A program made the translations under genes and the position numbers. A stretch of 64,000 bases of DNA, from the NCBI GenBank assembly GCA_002633005.1, contig NMRA01000076.1:310001-374000 (forward strand), in the 5' to 3' direction. Numbering within the stretch: the stretch's first letter is position 1; the number at the start of each line of letters is the position of its first letter. A model generated the notes under the pieces. The model saw nothing but the letters and a program-made list of their open reading frames with translations. It had not been told where the DNA came from and did no database searches. Positions 25,268-38,399 of this stretch are shown one piece after another. The DNA is from Phoronis australis. Taxonomy: Eukaryota > Animalia > Phoronida.

Positions 25268-26334
25268 CTGAAGCACAGAGTGTTTAAAGAAACATATTAT
25301 TTATTTTTGTTTCCGAAACATCCTGAGAGCAGGAAGCACGGTTTCACGCATTTTCAAAGCAAAAATTTGTCACATATCCATCACTGTCTATAGTAATTCA
25401 GAGATACTACTGTATACATTGTTTCGACGGATTAGTCAACTAAAAATAAGTGTCTATTATTCTGTGCTCGAGTATATTATTAATTACGAAGATGAATGTG
25501 AAATCTTATTTTGCACTTGACGACCCTACCATTGAAGCTATGAGTTCCAGTCTCAATTCAAATCTCAAGTTTTTACAAGAAATCCCAAGTTTTTACTAGA
25601 GTTTGAAGCCCGAATCTAGGGCTCATCAGGTGCAAATTTGGGCGTACAGTGTGGTGTGCCTAATATTTTCAAATAAATAATCATCCTGAGCTTGTATTTA
25701 AAAAAGGAAACTGCCACATATATTTTCGATTTCGAGTAAAAACAACAGAGCCAGGGTCCATCAGATTTTTCCAATTCCCAAAGTAAAAAGAGGGCAGAAA
25801 CATAACTGAGCACCCAAAAAGCACAAACAAATGACCTTCAGTGGTAAACGTAGGTACGGTACAGGGGGGGGGGGTTCCCCTCCCATTGAGGTTTGGGAAT
25901 CCACCCCAAGACAGATTTTGGAAATAAAAGCTGATTTCTTGCTAGTTGGTGAAATCCTATTGTTATGCTTAATTCGAAATGCAGTAATTAGTGTTAACGA
26001 GCGATGGTGTTTCACAATACCCAGCAAGATATTAAAACTATACACATCACAATAGCTGTGTAAACAAGAGGTCAACAAGAGTACAAGTCAATCATTAAAT
26101 AGCTAATGGGGAATCTTCGACCAATCACATGCCTTGAAACTTTTAGATTACAAACAAAAATAGTCCAACATAAAGATGAATTCTCGAATCAAGTGTCGAT
26201 GAATTTAGTGTAAGGGTCTTTTGAGACCATTGAGGGTTGAGGTCAAGTAGCAGGTAAATTGCCAGTACCCTTAAAAGATAGAATAAAATAAAAATATTTT
26301 TATATTAATAACAACCTTTTAGATTCAGTCTTAC

Positions 26335-26389
26335 CGTGGAATTCAAAATCTTTTCCAAAGCAAAGGTCTTCTACAGCTTTGACTGAAGC
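26335..26389 (-). CDS. LLTP-like gene exon 11
   Basis: ttgcag|ASVKAVEDLCFGKDFEFH|gtaaga. Confidence 0.8.
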
Positions 26390-27004
26390 CTGCAACAGAA
26401 AAAAAACATTAAAGATATGGCAACAATGAAAATAACAACAAAAACAACACACGACAAATTTGCAAGAAATGTCAAAATACTAGTTGGAGTCAAATTTTAA
26501 GAAATAAGTTGTGCCACAGGGTGACTTAAGCCACTGCTCTAAATGCTTTGAATTCCGATTATTCTACAAGTCAGTGCCATCTGTTGATAGTGAGATGATG
26601 CACAAATTACCAAACACTATCACAGCGAGTTTTCATGAAGCAAAGGCTCTAACTATGAAACTAATCTGCCTCGTACTAAGTCGCAATGACTTTTCTAGAC
26701 AATGGCGAAGTGCTAGTCTAACAATTTGCAGTAGGAACTGTCATGATATAAACAAAGCAGTAATACAATGACTAATGTTCAAACAATTTTACAATAAAAT
26801 AGTAATTCACAAGACAACAGCCTATAACTGTGGGGCAAATGCCGCACTGAAACAGAGCATTATGGGAGAATGCCACAGAACCAGAACAGACGCAGTGGTA
26901 TTTTGGGATGAGGCTATCGATTACATTGTTGATTAGATATAGACATTATGTCGATGCTCATGTTGGCCAATAGTGAAATATATCAAACAAACACAGAAAA
27001 ATCA

Positions 27005-27077
27005 GGAACCCCAACTGGAAACCCACCACAGGTCTCTACATTGCCGGTCTAGTGCTCTTACCACTGAGCTACTGAGG
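27005..27077 (-). repeat. Degenerate tRNA-like SINE head
   Basis: Minus strand cctcagtagctcagtggtaagagcactagaccgg; A box intact, B box decayed. Confidence 0.55.
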
Positions 27078-27787
27078 ACCCGATACCTGTGGAATTACTG
27101 TTTGCAGCCAAATGTTATGTCATCCATCCCAAGAGCGGCATTTTGCCTTTTTCACACAAGATTTGGACAATAATATAATCAGCAATGTACCAGTACGTTT
27201 TAATTAGATATAGTAGTTACACTATTACACTACAAACTGAGTGATTAGTTCCACCTTTCATCCTGCAGCCAGGTTCTATGTTCCGATGAAGTGGCTGATT
27301 TATAACCTTAGGTGGCTTGAGAAACTGGATTCATCTCTTCCAGGAGCAAAGCATTAAAAAGATACCAAACATGGTTTTGACCTATTAACAGATGCTACCC
27401 GCGGTTTTCCCATCCTGTTCTTTGAAACACAATAATGCTCTATTACCCTCGACAACACTCAAAAATTTGGAGGAAAATTTGAAAGTTCCCTTCAAAGTCT
27501 GCTAAACGGCAAGCGTGACCTACGCTTTAAGCAAATTACACGGCAACTGTGGGAAAAGACCACCCATGAAGGAGCATAATGTCCAATCTGTGACAGGGAG
27601 TAGAGTTTTTAATTGATTCCTGCCTCTAACTTGTAAAACTGATGCCAAGATGATGCATAATAGCAGGTGACAGAACATAGACTGGTTGAAAATCATCAAA
27701 ACAAGGTTTAGGTGTATCCTTTTAAGTTTAATCAGAAAAATTAATTGGAGAAGGTGTGTATCAAACGTTATTGTTTTTATACATTAC

Positions 27788-28077
27788 CTCAATAGGATAT
27801 TGCAAGACCAAGAAATGGAATAAGGCTTTACGCATTTCTTCTGTGTCTTGTTCAAGTTTTTTGAAGACATATTTTAATATCATTCGTTGGGAGATGGGCG
27901 TGTCTAGAGCAGCAATCATGTCAATCATCACATGGCGGTCATGAAAACAGACTGTTCCATTCTCACAATTAGGGCGGACGGTGAGATATTTTTCTGCCAC
28001 CTTTTCAATGTCTGCGTCGACCATAGCCTTCAGTGTAACTCTCAGACGTCGAATGCATTCAGTCCTGTTTGTATTTG
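27788..28077 (-). CDS. LLTP-like gene exon 10 (alpha-helical domain)
   Basis: ttgcag|NTNRTECIRRLRVTLK...MIDMIAALDTPISQRMI...FHFLVLQYPIE|gtaatg. Confidence 0.85.
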
Positions 28078-28697
28078 CTGCAATGAACATCAAAATTCCA
28101 CAAAATATTCTGCGTAACAATTAAATTAAAGCATCTGGCTGGTTAATAGGGAGACAATGAAACGTAGCTGTACCACGATCATGGCATATCTACGAAATTC
28201 GACTTTTTAAACTAAAAGCAAAAATAGAAATCGGAAACAAAATGGCCGCCACGTCCGCCATTTTGAATCCGATCATGACGAAAAACAATAGGCTTCCAGG
28301 ACCTTCCGATCTACACGTTGTGTGCAAATTTCGTGGGAATCTGACGAAAACTGCGACCTGTAGAAAGCGAACAAAAAAAAATGATGTCAGACCAACATAC
28401 TTGGCGGAATTTTAATTCCACCAAGTAACAAAGGTATTTTGGAGCGTGTTCAACACATCAGGAAATTGCACTGTAGAAAATTTGATTTTTGTGTCGTGTC
28501 ATGTTCCCATTAATATCTCATTTTGCCTGATGTTGTTATTGACTCTTAGGCCACACTGGTGCACATACCATTACCTCGTAGTTACTAATAAAAACTCCTA
28601 CAAGTATAGCCAACATTACACCACACAAACGCTAGCTATTCCATACCACAAGCAATGCAAACCAATTAATCATGCTGAACAAATAATTAGAACATAC

Positions 28698-28785
28698 TTT
28701 TCACGGGAGTGATGCGGCTACAGTTCATCTCTTTCTCAATATCCACCATTGCAGCGTCGGAATCTGTGATAACTTTGGCTTTGGG
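28698..28785 (-). CDS. LLTP-like gene exon 9
   Basis: tttccag|PKAKVITDSDAAMVDIEKEMNCSRITPVK|gtatgt. Confidence 0.75.
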
Positions 28786-29175
28786 CTGGAAAGGACGTGC
28801 AATTGAAGTAAGATTTTCTCGTTTCTGAGGACCACAAGGTCTACATCGTGGAATACAGTCAAGATGCACTTGCTGAATTCAATAACCGTAAGTAATACGC
28901 CTTTGTAACGGAACTTCCAAGAAATTCGGATTCAATTGAAAAAAGGTTATTTGCTGATTGACTTAAAATGATCAGTGAATGCAAATGACAAGTGAGCGTA
29001 CATTTAAGCAGAATAGAAAATGTTTAAAATTACTCAATGGCTTCAAAGTAGGATATAGTACGTGAAATGAGGCATTCGGATAGCTGGATTGAGGATAGGT
29101 ATATAGTGACACTGAGGTCCAAGAGGCTACAAAGAAGCCAAGAATATTTACAGGGTATTAATAAATTCTTTTAAA

Positions 29176-30055
29176 TATTATGTTGAAGGAAGATCTTACG
29201 ATAAAAACTGGACAGAAATACATCCGTATTCTACCCTTTCCTCATTTTTCAAAAACTTCTTATAATATTGTATTGTGAATGCCTTCAGTTTCTCAAAATC
29301 TTGGTATCCATGGTAACAAAAACAACAATGAAAAAGCATTTGGTGCTGCTTATCGTGAATGAATAGAAAAACAGGGAAAATATACTTTTACTTAAGCTTC
29401 AGCCTTGTGTGCCCCACTGATATATCGGCGTCACTAAAGGACGCGGGAGTGCACAAAATACAGAAACATGTTGTAATCTAACACTATCATAAGTTGAATG
29501 AAGTAAAATGAGAAACACGATTCAATAGCAACTCAACTGGATTGAACTGTGTTTACACCAAANCTGTGGTCGGTTCGCCCCCACGCTTGCCGACGTACTT
29601 GTTTACCAGCTTAACCACAATGCAACATTCTGACCCATTTCCAATATGGCGGCGTTGCAACTCCGCTATATTATGTTGAAGGAAGACCTTACGATAAAAA
29701 CTGGACAGAAATACATCCGTATTCTACCCTTTCCTCATTTTTCAAAAACTTCTTATAACATTGTATTGTGAATGCCTTCAGTTTCTCAAAATCTTGGTAT
29801 CCATGGTAACAAAAACAACAATGAAAAAGCATTTGGTGCTGCTTATCGTGAATGAATAGAAAAACAGGGAAAATATACTTTTACTTAAGCTTCAGCCTTG
29901 TGTGCCCCACTGATATATCGGCGTCACTAAAGGACGCGGGAGTGCACAAAATGCAGAAACATGTTGTAATCTAACACTATCATAAGTTGAATGAAGTAAA
30001 ATGAGAAACACGATTCAATAGCAACTCAACTGGATTGAACTGTGTTTACACCAAA
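29176..30055. repeat. 387-bp near-identical direct duplication across a single N (probable allelic assembly artefact)
   Basis: 29176-29562 matches 29669-30055 with ~3 substitutions; first copy ends exactly at the N. Confidence 0.85.
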
Positions 30056-30123
30056 CAAACACCACACAGACACTCACAGTGAAACACTGGCTCAAACAAG
30101 TCAGCCTTCTTGAGTGAGCTCAC

Positions 30124-30245
30124 CTGTTCAACTTCAATCGACTGCTTGACCAGCGTGTCCCTGACCATTTTGATTGGTTCACTGTGAGATAGTTGATTGG
30201 TCAAATGGAGATGAGTGTGCGACATCGTGTATAACGTGGGGAAAT
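30124..30245 (-). CDS. LLTP-like gene exon 8
   Basis: cgccag|(D)FPTLYTMSHTHLHLTNQ...SIEVEQ|gtgagc. Confidence 0.8.
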
Positions 30246-30744
30246 CTGGCGAAAAATACAAGTCATGATAATGATATTTGTTTGACTTGTGTAAACATAA
30301 TGGCATTTAATACCAATTAACAGAACGCTTTTGTACAGGGAAATGAGTCAAATGTCTTCTATCAAATTCTATAGGACCTAAGGCTTTTTGAAATACAATA
30401 GCCTCGCATATGGAGCTCATTTTGACACCTAAGTACTTCACCAACAAAGCAACTCGAGTGTTTACACAGAACTACTATTGACAGATTTGGGGTTTGTGTT
30501 AAACCTGCCCAAGAGCAAAACGTACGCAATTACATGGTGAGCAAAGATCATTTTTTGAACCCTCTAACTTTTTAGGACATACTACAGTACCTCTCGTACA
30601 CATCCTCTACCTTTTTTCATACTATAAGAGGTGTGTTCTAAAAAGATTGAGAAAATCTTCTGTGCTTCTCCCAGTCTAACCCAAAAGAAGAAACTGTAAA
30701 CATAGCGTTTTCAACTTTGAGACTTTAGTTAAAGTTTTACACAC

Positions 30745-30892
30745 CACCACTGCTTTCCTCAGGTATCTCTGCCAGTCCCTCATACTTTGTGTTATGCTGG
30801 TAGACTTCAGCCAGAGAGATTCTGTTCTTAAGAATGATCTTGTCCACCGACTCCACTCTGTGTATGGTTCCGTCATTGTTGATGTGGATTGT
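30745..30892 (-). CDS. LLTP-like gene exon 7
   Basis: tttcag|TIHINNDGTIHRVESVDKIILKNR...EESSG|gtgtgt; donor could be 3 nt off. Confidence 0.75.
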
Positions 30893-31352
30893 CTGAAAAG
30901 GTGAATGTAAGTATGCTTCACATTTAAATCAATGGTCTAAAACAGAAGTCACTGGTGTAGCCTACAATGCACGAGTATACTATCGCTGGGGTCTAACCAT
31001 AGTGTATTTGGCAATGAACACCCATAACAGAAGTGGCCTCTATCGGACCACATCAATTCCAGAATTTTGGAATGGTTATTTTGCGTGTTGTGGGTAATTC
31101 TGGGAACTTGGGACTGCTGCAGGTATTGTATATTATTTTTTCTAAAATTTGGTACAACCTCCAACCTTGAGTAGAGTAAATGATTTTCACTGTCCCAAAT
31201 TGGGGAATTTGAACCATAAATACAAAGCTGGTGTTTGACAGAAGGCATGGGTTTTGCGCCCCTTTAAGACAATGAAATTCTCTGCCTCTAATCATTTTAT
31301 CCAAGAACCTAGGCAGCACAGTACGCTGCTGAAGAGTGAAGTCAATGGTCAC

Positions 31353-31499
31353 CTTGTCGTGGTCCTTAATGACATCCGACTCATTCTTGAGTGAACGTCG
31401 AACTCTAACACCATCACTGAGATGGTCCACTTCATACTCGTATTCACCGCTGCCACCATGATCAACTTCACGCTTCTTGAACTTGTTGCTGTCACCAGG
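31353..31499 (-). CDS. LLTP-like gene exon 6
   Basis: ttgtag|PGDSNKFKKREVDHGGSGEYEYEVDHLSDGVRVRRSLKNESDVIKDHDK|gtgacc; E.D..G.....Y is an LLTP barrel motif. Confidence 0.8.
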
Positions 31500-31849
31500 C
31501 TACAAATATATCAACATCACAGCCGTATTTACAGAACATGATGTTACCTATACACACAGAGTTATGCATGCATCGCCATTGGATACTGAATTAGGAATAG
31601 CCTTGTATAAGGCAAAAGAGGAGCAGCATTAGTGGACCTCAGCAATAATCAAAGGCCTGTGAATACGAGGACCCGGATATTGTAAATAAGAGTACTGGAT
31701 TTAATATCAGTAGCCCAATCATCATTGCCAATGTAGACAGATCATTCCTGACTGACGGCTAGGGTTAAAGTGCACATTGACAGCCATTATATCCCTGTTC
31801 ACAGTCACAGCTGTCAGCGAGACACTTAGCTGGCTGCAAATATAGGCTT

Positions 31850-32079
31850 GGCACCCATTCCAAGAAACTGCCTTGACTTCATTTTGACTTAAGTCAAGGA
31901 TTCTCGATTTCCAAATTTTGAAACTTTCACATCCTGTAAGTTAGTCATAATTAATACAAAATGTAATAAGTCAAAAACTTAAATCGAACTCTTTTTTGAA
32001 ATGGACTTCAGACAAGTTTATGATCTCAAAATTGACTGAAATTTAAGATTTGTCTTGGCTAATTCTTGGAACGCGTCCC
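31850..32079. mobile_element. MITE family A copy
   Basis: ggcacccattccaagaaactg...ttcttggaacgcgtccc; internal ttttgacttaagtc shared with the 7567 copy. Confidence 0.65.
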
Positions 32080-33178
32080 TGTTCTCTATTAGACAGTACA
32101 TAATAGTCTGAACTGAGCTTCGTTGGTTCACACTAGATCTAAGCTAAACAGTACCACCATCTCCTCAAGTTAAGTAGAGATGGTGGCACTGTCTTAATTA
32201 CTCTACGCAAGCTCGGGGAATCAACGAAACTTAATTTACACACTGGAATGCTAGCGAAATGGTTGATGGAGGACCACCAAACAAGCCATGAACTGCCGTC
32301 TCAACCAGCAATGAGTAAAAGGGTCCCTCAGTGCGGTCTCCTGGCAATTTCCATGTGTCTTTCACGTGACATAACATGTCTGACCATACATTATAATGAA
32401 ATCAAATAGTTATGGTTTGAGACGACCTAGCTGCAGCTTGGTCATGCACAAGATACCCACAGCTAGGAGTACGTCACCTACTCTGGTACCCAAAGAAGAT
32501 TCTACTTCTACAAGGGACATCCAGGTGCATTAGGAGTAGAGAACCGTTTTATCAAACACTGAAAGTCAGTGTCTTTGAAGATAATGGCACATTAATTCAT
32601 AAACGGGATTTCAGGAGGCCAGCTTTGAACTTGAATATGAACTACGATCACGTTTACTCCAAATGAATAACAATGTTTCGCTCTTACAAAAGTTGTAGCA
32701 TCACCTTGTTAATAACACACCCACGACTGTCTTAGCCACAACCGTTGGTACTGCACCAAGTTCGTGCATGACGGCTAAATTTCTGATAGGCAGAAGTTGT
32801 TTCTCCTCTACAGGACCGCACAGCTGGTTGTAGGGCCTACCTATTATGTGTGGGGTGATGTGGTCTTGTCAGGGTATTACCCTGCCTAGATCACGTAAAA
32901 GGCTCGGCAATTTCAAGTATTTTTCAAAGAATAGACCAATCAGTACTCTAGTTTCTCCCTTCCATCATAGATTAAGGTATCTCGTGTGCATGCGCCGTCT
33001 CTGATACCATTCCAACTGACACTTTCCATCTCAATGAGTCAAAGGCAAGCTCGTTTGAAGCGAACTGTTGGGTCCGATAGGGAAAACAATGTTTTAACTG
33101 CGAAAAAGTCATAGGGTCTGAATTTTAACCCATGACTTCGATTTCTGTAACACTACCAGGACATTGAAATGAACTTAC

Positions 33179-33299
33179 TGGTTTATGCGCAATAAATAAA
33201 CTTGTGATGGCTTTCTTGAGCATGGAGACCTCATCGTGCTCCTCGGGATGAACATGGACGAACTCAATCAAACCGACAGGTGTGAGCTCGAACAAAAAC
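33179..33299 (-). CDS. LLTP-like gene exon 5
   Basis: FLFELTPVGLIEFVHVHPEEHDEVSMLKKAITSFIIAHKP|gtaagt; resembles the LLTP barrel motif PF.F...G.I..V......E.....KK.I.S. Confidence 0.85.
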
Positions 33300-33547
33300 C
33301 TGGAAGATCAGAAGCATTATCCTGAAATTAATAAACTCACTAGTTGCTATAGCTCTTGTGCAGGACCAACTGCATAGCCTTACTCTGATCTTTCAACTTC
33401 AGTATAGACAGAGTCTAACTGTGGCAAGAGACTGTCCAGTATGAATACTTTAGTCTAGTCAGCAAGGCCCCCCTCACCAATCAGGAAATCTATACAAAAA
33501 GGCCCTTTCATACTAACTTAACTCAGGTGTGAGTGGAGCGTCGATAT

Positions 33548-34060
33548 AGTAGTAGTAGTAGTAACAATATTTATTTAAAAGTCAGTGAGTGGGTAATTCT
33601 AACAATGAAACATTAGTACAAGTGCTATTATCCGACAATTTAAAAAACGGAAACGTAAACTACAAAAATTTAAACTAGAAGCTAATTATACAGTACAGAT
33701 AATATACAGAACAACATAAATACAAAAGTACGTGTATGTGTTACAGAGTGTGTATAGACATCTGAAGCAGTTCTCACTGCACTCAACAGCTATTTCCAGA
33801 GAAAAATCATTGGCATTATAGTGTGGAAATTTCATTTAAGGCAGTACATTGTCTCATATGTTAACTGCTAAGTTAATTGAATCATTCATACCAGCTTCGG
33901 CGTTCCAAGAATTGTACGATATGACACTTGCGTACCTCAAAATCCAACTGCTTTTTGGTGGTTTGGTAATTGGCCCAGTTATATGTTGCACATGTCGGTG
34001 TACACCCAACAGAATTAACGAGGAACATATGTTTTACATTGTAAAAGTCACTTTTCTATA
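33548..34060 (-). mobile_element. Possible decayed LINE 3' end with AATAAA and (TAC)n tail
   Basis: Minus strand ends aataaatattgttactactactactacta; no clear protein motif retained. Confidence 0.35.
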
Positions 34061-34548
34061 TTGAGATTGTGCGAGAGATTATTAGAGCAAAAAATATAAG
34101 CAACTATTAGCGACGACACTGCCCTTTAATTGTTGACGATAGCAGTGGCCCCTGGCGAAGTTAACCATTCAAACTAACCGCAAGCCCGGGCCCCAAAACA
34201 TCGACGCGTCGACGTTGAGAGTGAAAGGGACTTATACTTGAAGTGCGAGTGAAATTTTGGGTCTCTCTGTAGTAGAGCTGTTTAATTCTATGCCACATGC
34301 GATGCTTCTAAAACCCTTGACCGCCACGAACCACGACTCCCTCGACCCACAACCCCCAGGAACTACGACCTGTGCCTGTGGCAATAGATGTATCTTAGCG
34401 CTTTTTACACATTTCATGATCATATGACGTCGCTGAATGACTTTCTCATGAGACTCACCTATACGCGAATCTGCTCTGGGTGAAGTATGGTCACGGTGGT
34501 TAAAAACAGAAAAATAAGTAATAACATGACCAGAAATAGCGTTAATTG

Positions 34549-34623
34549 CACAGGCGTCCTCAGCTTCTGATCGTCCCCAATACACTACATATATATGACG
34601 ATCAGAAGCTGAGGACGCCTGTG
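34549..34623. mobile_element. 75-bp minimal DNA-transposon derivative: perfect 27-bp TIRs, 8-bp TSD
   Basis: GTTAATTG-CACAGGCGTCCTCAGCTTCTGATCGTC-21 nt-GACGATCAGAAGCTGAGGACGCCTGTG-GTTAATTG. Confidence 0.9.
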
Positions 34624-35449
34624 GTTAATTGTCATTGTCACATACTACTTCCACGAGCGGCTAACACCGTGGCCCAGTTCTAGTACTAGTAGTTCTACCA
34701 TACGTAGGGAGAGAGTACGTTAACGTGAATTGAGATAATTTCTCATTTTCATTATAGTTGCTTTCTGTTGTATGTTTACGATATACTCCATCGTGTAACT
34801 TTGAGATGCTTCTTAGTTAAAAAGTTTTTTTTTCAAATTACATGCCGTTATTCGTCGGTTCCTCGCACTCTCCCCAAACAAACTTGAATCTGCCCTATTC
34901 ACCGAAGAGCAGACAAGACGATTACACTTAGCCGGGAATGACATTTGTAACGTTGGTAGGTCTTTGATTTGATTTGGTCCTTTTTTCTGTTTTTGGCTTT
35001 CAAACTTGCCGAATCGACTCACTTAATTGCCAAAAAAAAAAACAGGGAAAAGCCAACCGCAACAGTGGCACGATATAGGGTATAGTGAAAACAAGCATTT
35101 TAAAATGTGTCGATTATTGACGGTGAAATCGACACATTTCGTTTCGCGACCAAAACCCGCGGAAACTTCCTAATCATGCCGGAGTAACAAAAGTCCGCAA
35201 ACCTCAAATCTCAGTCCCGTCTCCGCTCCGCCAATGAACTTACCCGTGCGCCCCCTGTCTTCAACTGGCCAGTACGGACGTGCGNCGGTGGGCCATGGGT
35301 CGAGGGGGTCGTGGGTCGAGGGAGTTTAAGAACTATCCTGCCAAATATACTAAAAAAACATCCTAGCCCTCTTATTGTCTGCCCCAATTAATACTTGCAA
35401 GACAAGTTACGAAGTAGGCCTAAAACGGCGATAGACTGGGCATACTTAC

Positions 35450-35486
35450 GGTTTTGTTAAATCCCATTTCTCCGGATTGGTGGTAA
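35450..35486 (-). CDS. LLTP-like gene exon 4 (37 nt)
   Basis: ttttctatttctag|(V)TTNPEKWDLTK(P)|gtaagt; joins exon 5 as WDLTKPFLFEL. Confidence 0.75.
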
Positions 35487-35779
35487 CTAGAAATAGAAAA
35501 CATGGTCAAAGGCACATTCGTAAACGTTTCGAAATGGGTATTGAATTCCATGAAAAGTTAAAAACCAGCTGTCCTGGGAATTTCTTTGTTATGTGGTAAA
35601 TGTAACGTGCTGCAGGAAAGTTGGGAAAGCAGAACTGCTTGGTAAGATTTAATTCTTTTTTGCGCAACAAAATAAGTTCAGGTGCAAGCTTATTTTTATG
35701 TAAGCAGTCAGGAGGTTGGGTTGCCGATCAAACATATGAGAACGGTTCTTGGAAAAAGGACCATTCATCGTGCCAGATA

Positions 35780-35960
35780 CCCGCGCTTAGGCATGAGCAC
35801 TCCAGTTTGACAGTGATAGCAAGGCGAGAAAGTTGGCAATCCAATGCCAGTCTAGAACTTAGTGGCGATCCCTCGAAAAATATTGATTTAAAATTCTCCT
35901 CTGTTCTCCCTTCAAACAAACGCTGGGTTTGTTTTATATACTCATTTACAGTATTGGATG
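35780..35960 (-). mobile_element. Possible Penelope-like GIY-YIG endonuclease remnant
   Basis: EYIKQTQRLFEGRTEEN resembles YIGQT.R.L..R..EH. Confidence 0.35.
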
Positions 35961-36052
35961 TACGGGTGACCAAACCGTGGACTCATGTATTGACGTACAG
36001 TTTGGAAAACAATATCTTGCAATGCCTTATCCAATTGGCGTTTCCGACTCAC

Positions 36053-36074
36053 CGATATCCTTTCCCGTCAGACT
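36053..36074 (-). CDS. LLTP-like gene exon 3 (putative 22-nt microexon)
   Basis: tcacag|SLTGKDI+g|gtgagt; supplies the phase 0 to 1 shift needed to join the next exon. Confidence 0.45.
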
Positions 36075-36199
36075 CTGTGATATACTGTCCACGTGAAGTG
36101 AATATACCGTACCGCTTACTTCATCAATGTTCTCGTGGTGGCGAATTCGTAACTGAAATATATGTCACTCCTCATAACACATGGGCTGTCAGTGTACTA

Positions 36200-36330
36200 G
36201 GCAATGACCATCGCCTCTGTTGGCCCAAACCAGAGGCGATGCAGCTCCCATACGCGCTCCATACGCCGGAAGCTTTTCGGCGAATTATGCCTCGCACTGG
36301 TTCGGGCCAACAGAGGCGATGGTCATTGCC
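36200..36330. mobile_element. MITE family B, 131-bp deletion derivative, TA TSD (Tc1/mariner-like)
   Basis: ta|GGCAATGACCATCGCCTCTGTTGGCCC...GGGCCAACAGAGGCGATGGTCATTGCC|ta. Confidence 0.88.
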
Positions 36331-38399
36331 TATCAGTTACGTGTCAGTCATAGGCGGATTTAGGGGGGGGGGCAGTCGTTTGCTATAACTATATACAGAT
36401 TTTATTACAGAAACTGCCGAATTCAGTCCTGGGTCAGTGCCATATTGAAGTCATGTGACTTCATTCGCTGTTCACACGTTAGACCGGACTCAGGTCATAC
36501 AGGTAAACAAGCCATCTCAGCTAGTGTGCCTGCTTGTATTATTTGGTAGCAATAGACTAAAAAAGTTTTAAAAATTTGACTACCATTTTTCCGGTGTCAA
36601 GCACAAAATCGATAGATAACTGCTTGATTGTCTGTGCTGAGCTTGTGAACCGCAACGTGCTGATCTGACCAGAGATCAACATTTGGAAGGCATGACCTAA
36701 CGTTACAGCTGTTTGTATGTTTTTTAGATTCCCAATTTAAGCGCCCTGGGCGGTAACGCGGACGAGTACGGTAGTGGTAACATCATGTACTGTTTCCTGT
36801 GGGGAAAGTTGGTATACACCTTGAGAAATTGCAATTCATATGAAACGAAGCATGCATGTATCATTATGGTTCAAAGATCGGAAAACACCCAAAAGTGCTT
36901 CAAATGACAGTGAAGTCAGTAAATGCTTTACAGAAGCCAATTCTCTTAGCCTCAACTTCATCCACCGGAGACGTTAAAAAAAATTCTGAAAGTCAATGTA
37001 TACAACTGTGCAACAGTTTACTCAACATAACTTTCACTGTATGATACATATATAATATATGACAATAAAGTCATGGTCAGTTCTGTACAAAAAAGGTGTT
37101 CTATTTTGAAGTCCAGTACAAAACATGGTTAATTGCATTTGCATCTAATGCCTTTATTATTCCGATCATGTTGGAGCTAGATGACTTTTTTAATGGTCCA
37201 ATGCAGAACTTTCTCCTGTTCAATGACGTACTCACTCGAGCAGACATACTGTATTTGTTAGTACACCTGACCGACTCCTTTGTTACCTTGCCTGGTACCA
37301 GACAAAAGACTTGGACGACGGTTACTGAAGCAAGCACAACTTTATTATTAACGCTGGTTTCATAGGATTTTCAATAACAAAAATAAATAAGTGAAGGTAG
37401 CCAAGGTTTGTTCACAGTCACCTAAAATCAGCCGGTCGTATGATATAAGTACATATCCGGGAGTGGCTGATGAGAGTGCCTGTGGTTTGTTAAAGTTATC
37501 CCAAACTTTATTTAGTGGCCTCCATTCTAACTCGTATATCAAAAAAACCGGCTATGTCAACTAGTAAAAGTATATATTTCTGAAAGAAAAAATATCAGGA
37601 TTGAGGAATCGGGGTGAAAAAAGGAAACTGACCAATAGGTGACCCAATATTTCATGGTACCGAATGATGGCAGAACGCCAATTTTCACAACACCGGTAAA
37701 TAATTTAGTTTACTGAACACTGCACTGGGAAACGGGGCGGACCTTCGCTTTAGAAATGTTATTTTCCATGACGAAGTTGAAGGACTTCCTATTCCGATAA
37801 TAAACAATGACAACGAGATAATCGTCGGGCTTACAAACGTTATCCCTGGTGATTTTCTTAATGTCCGTGTTCGTCCTGGAGGTAATTGTTGGACATAACA
37901 TTTTTGTAAAATACCAATTTAAAACAGTAAAACTAAAACGACGAGCGTCGCTTCTAAAATATATTAAAATATCCCCACGTTTCGAGCGATACGCTCTTTG
38001 TCAAATTGAAGGGTGTGCTACAGACTGCTGAGTACATGTAGATGGTTCTAAAATAAAATGGCACAGGAGACCACATAGTGAAGAACAAAAGACAACGTGA
38101 ACAATATAGGACATAGCAGCTACCACCGGGGGTAGGCCTACGTATGACGAGAGAGAGAGACATACGTAGGTACTGGAGTCTATTCACTAGACTCAGTGTA
38201 GTGAGACTATGTCTCTGTATAGGCCTTTGGCGTGAGTAAATTACCTTTTTGGTCACACCGGTGCGACGAGCAATAGGTTCACAATTAATTTTGGACCTGA
38301 ATCGACTAATATGACGGTCTACAAAAGCGTTCGTGTATGGCCATTATTCACCAGAGGGTTTGTTTTTTAAGATCAGCTTCTTAATGGAACAATAGCTAA

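Noticed and set aside
25598-25630. Hammerhead-like CUGAUGA-GCCC...GGGC on the minus strand
   Set aside because: The required GAAA after stem II is absent (UUCAAAC), and it lies at a junction of two repeats.
35621-36388. 255-aa + strand ORF
   Set aside because: No ATG start or recognisable motifs; it runs through a MITE and is antisense to the host gene.
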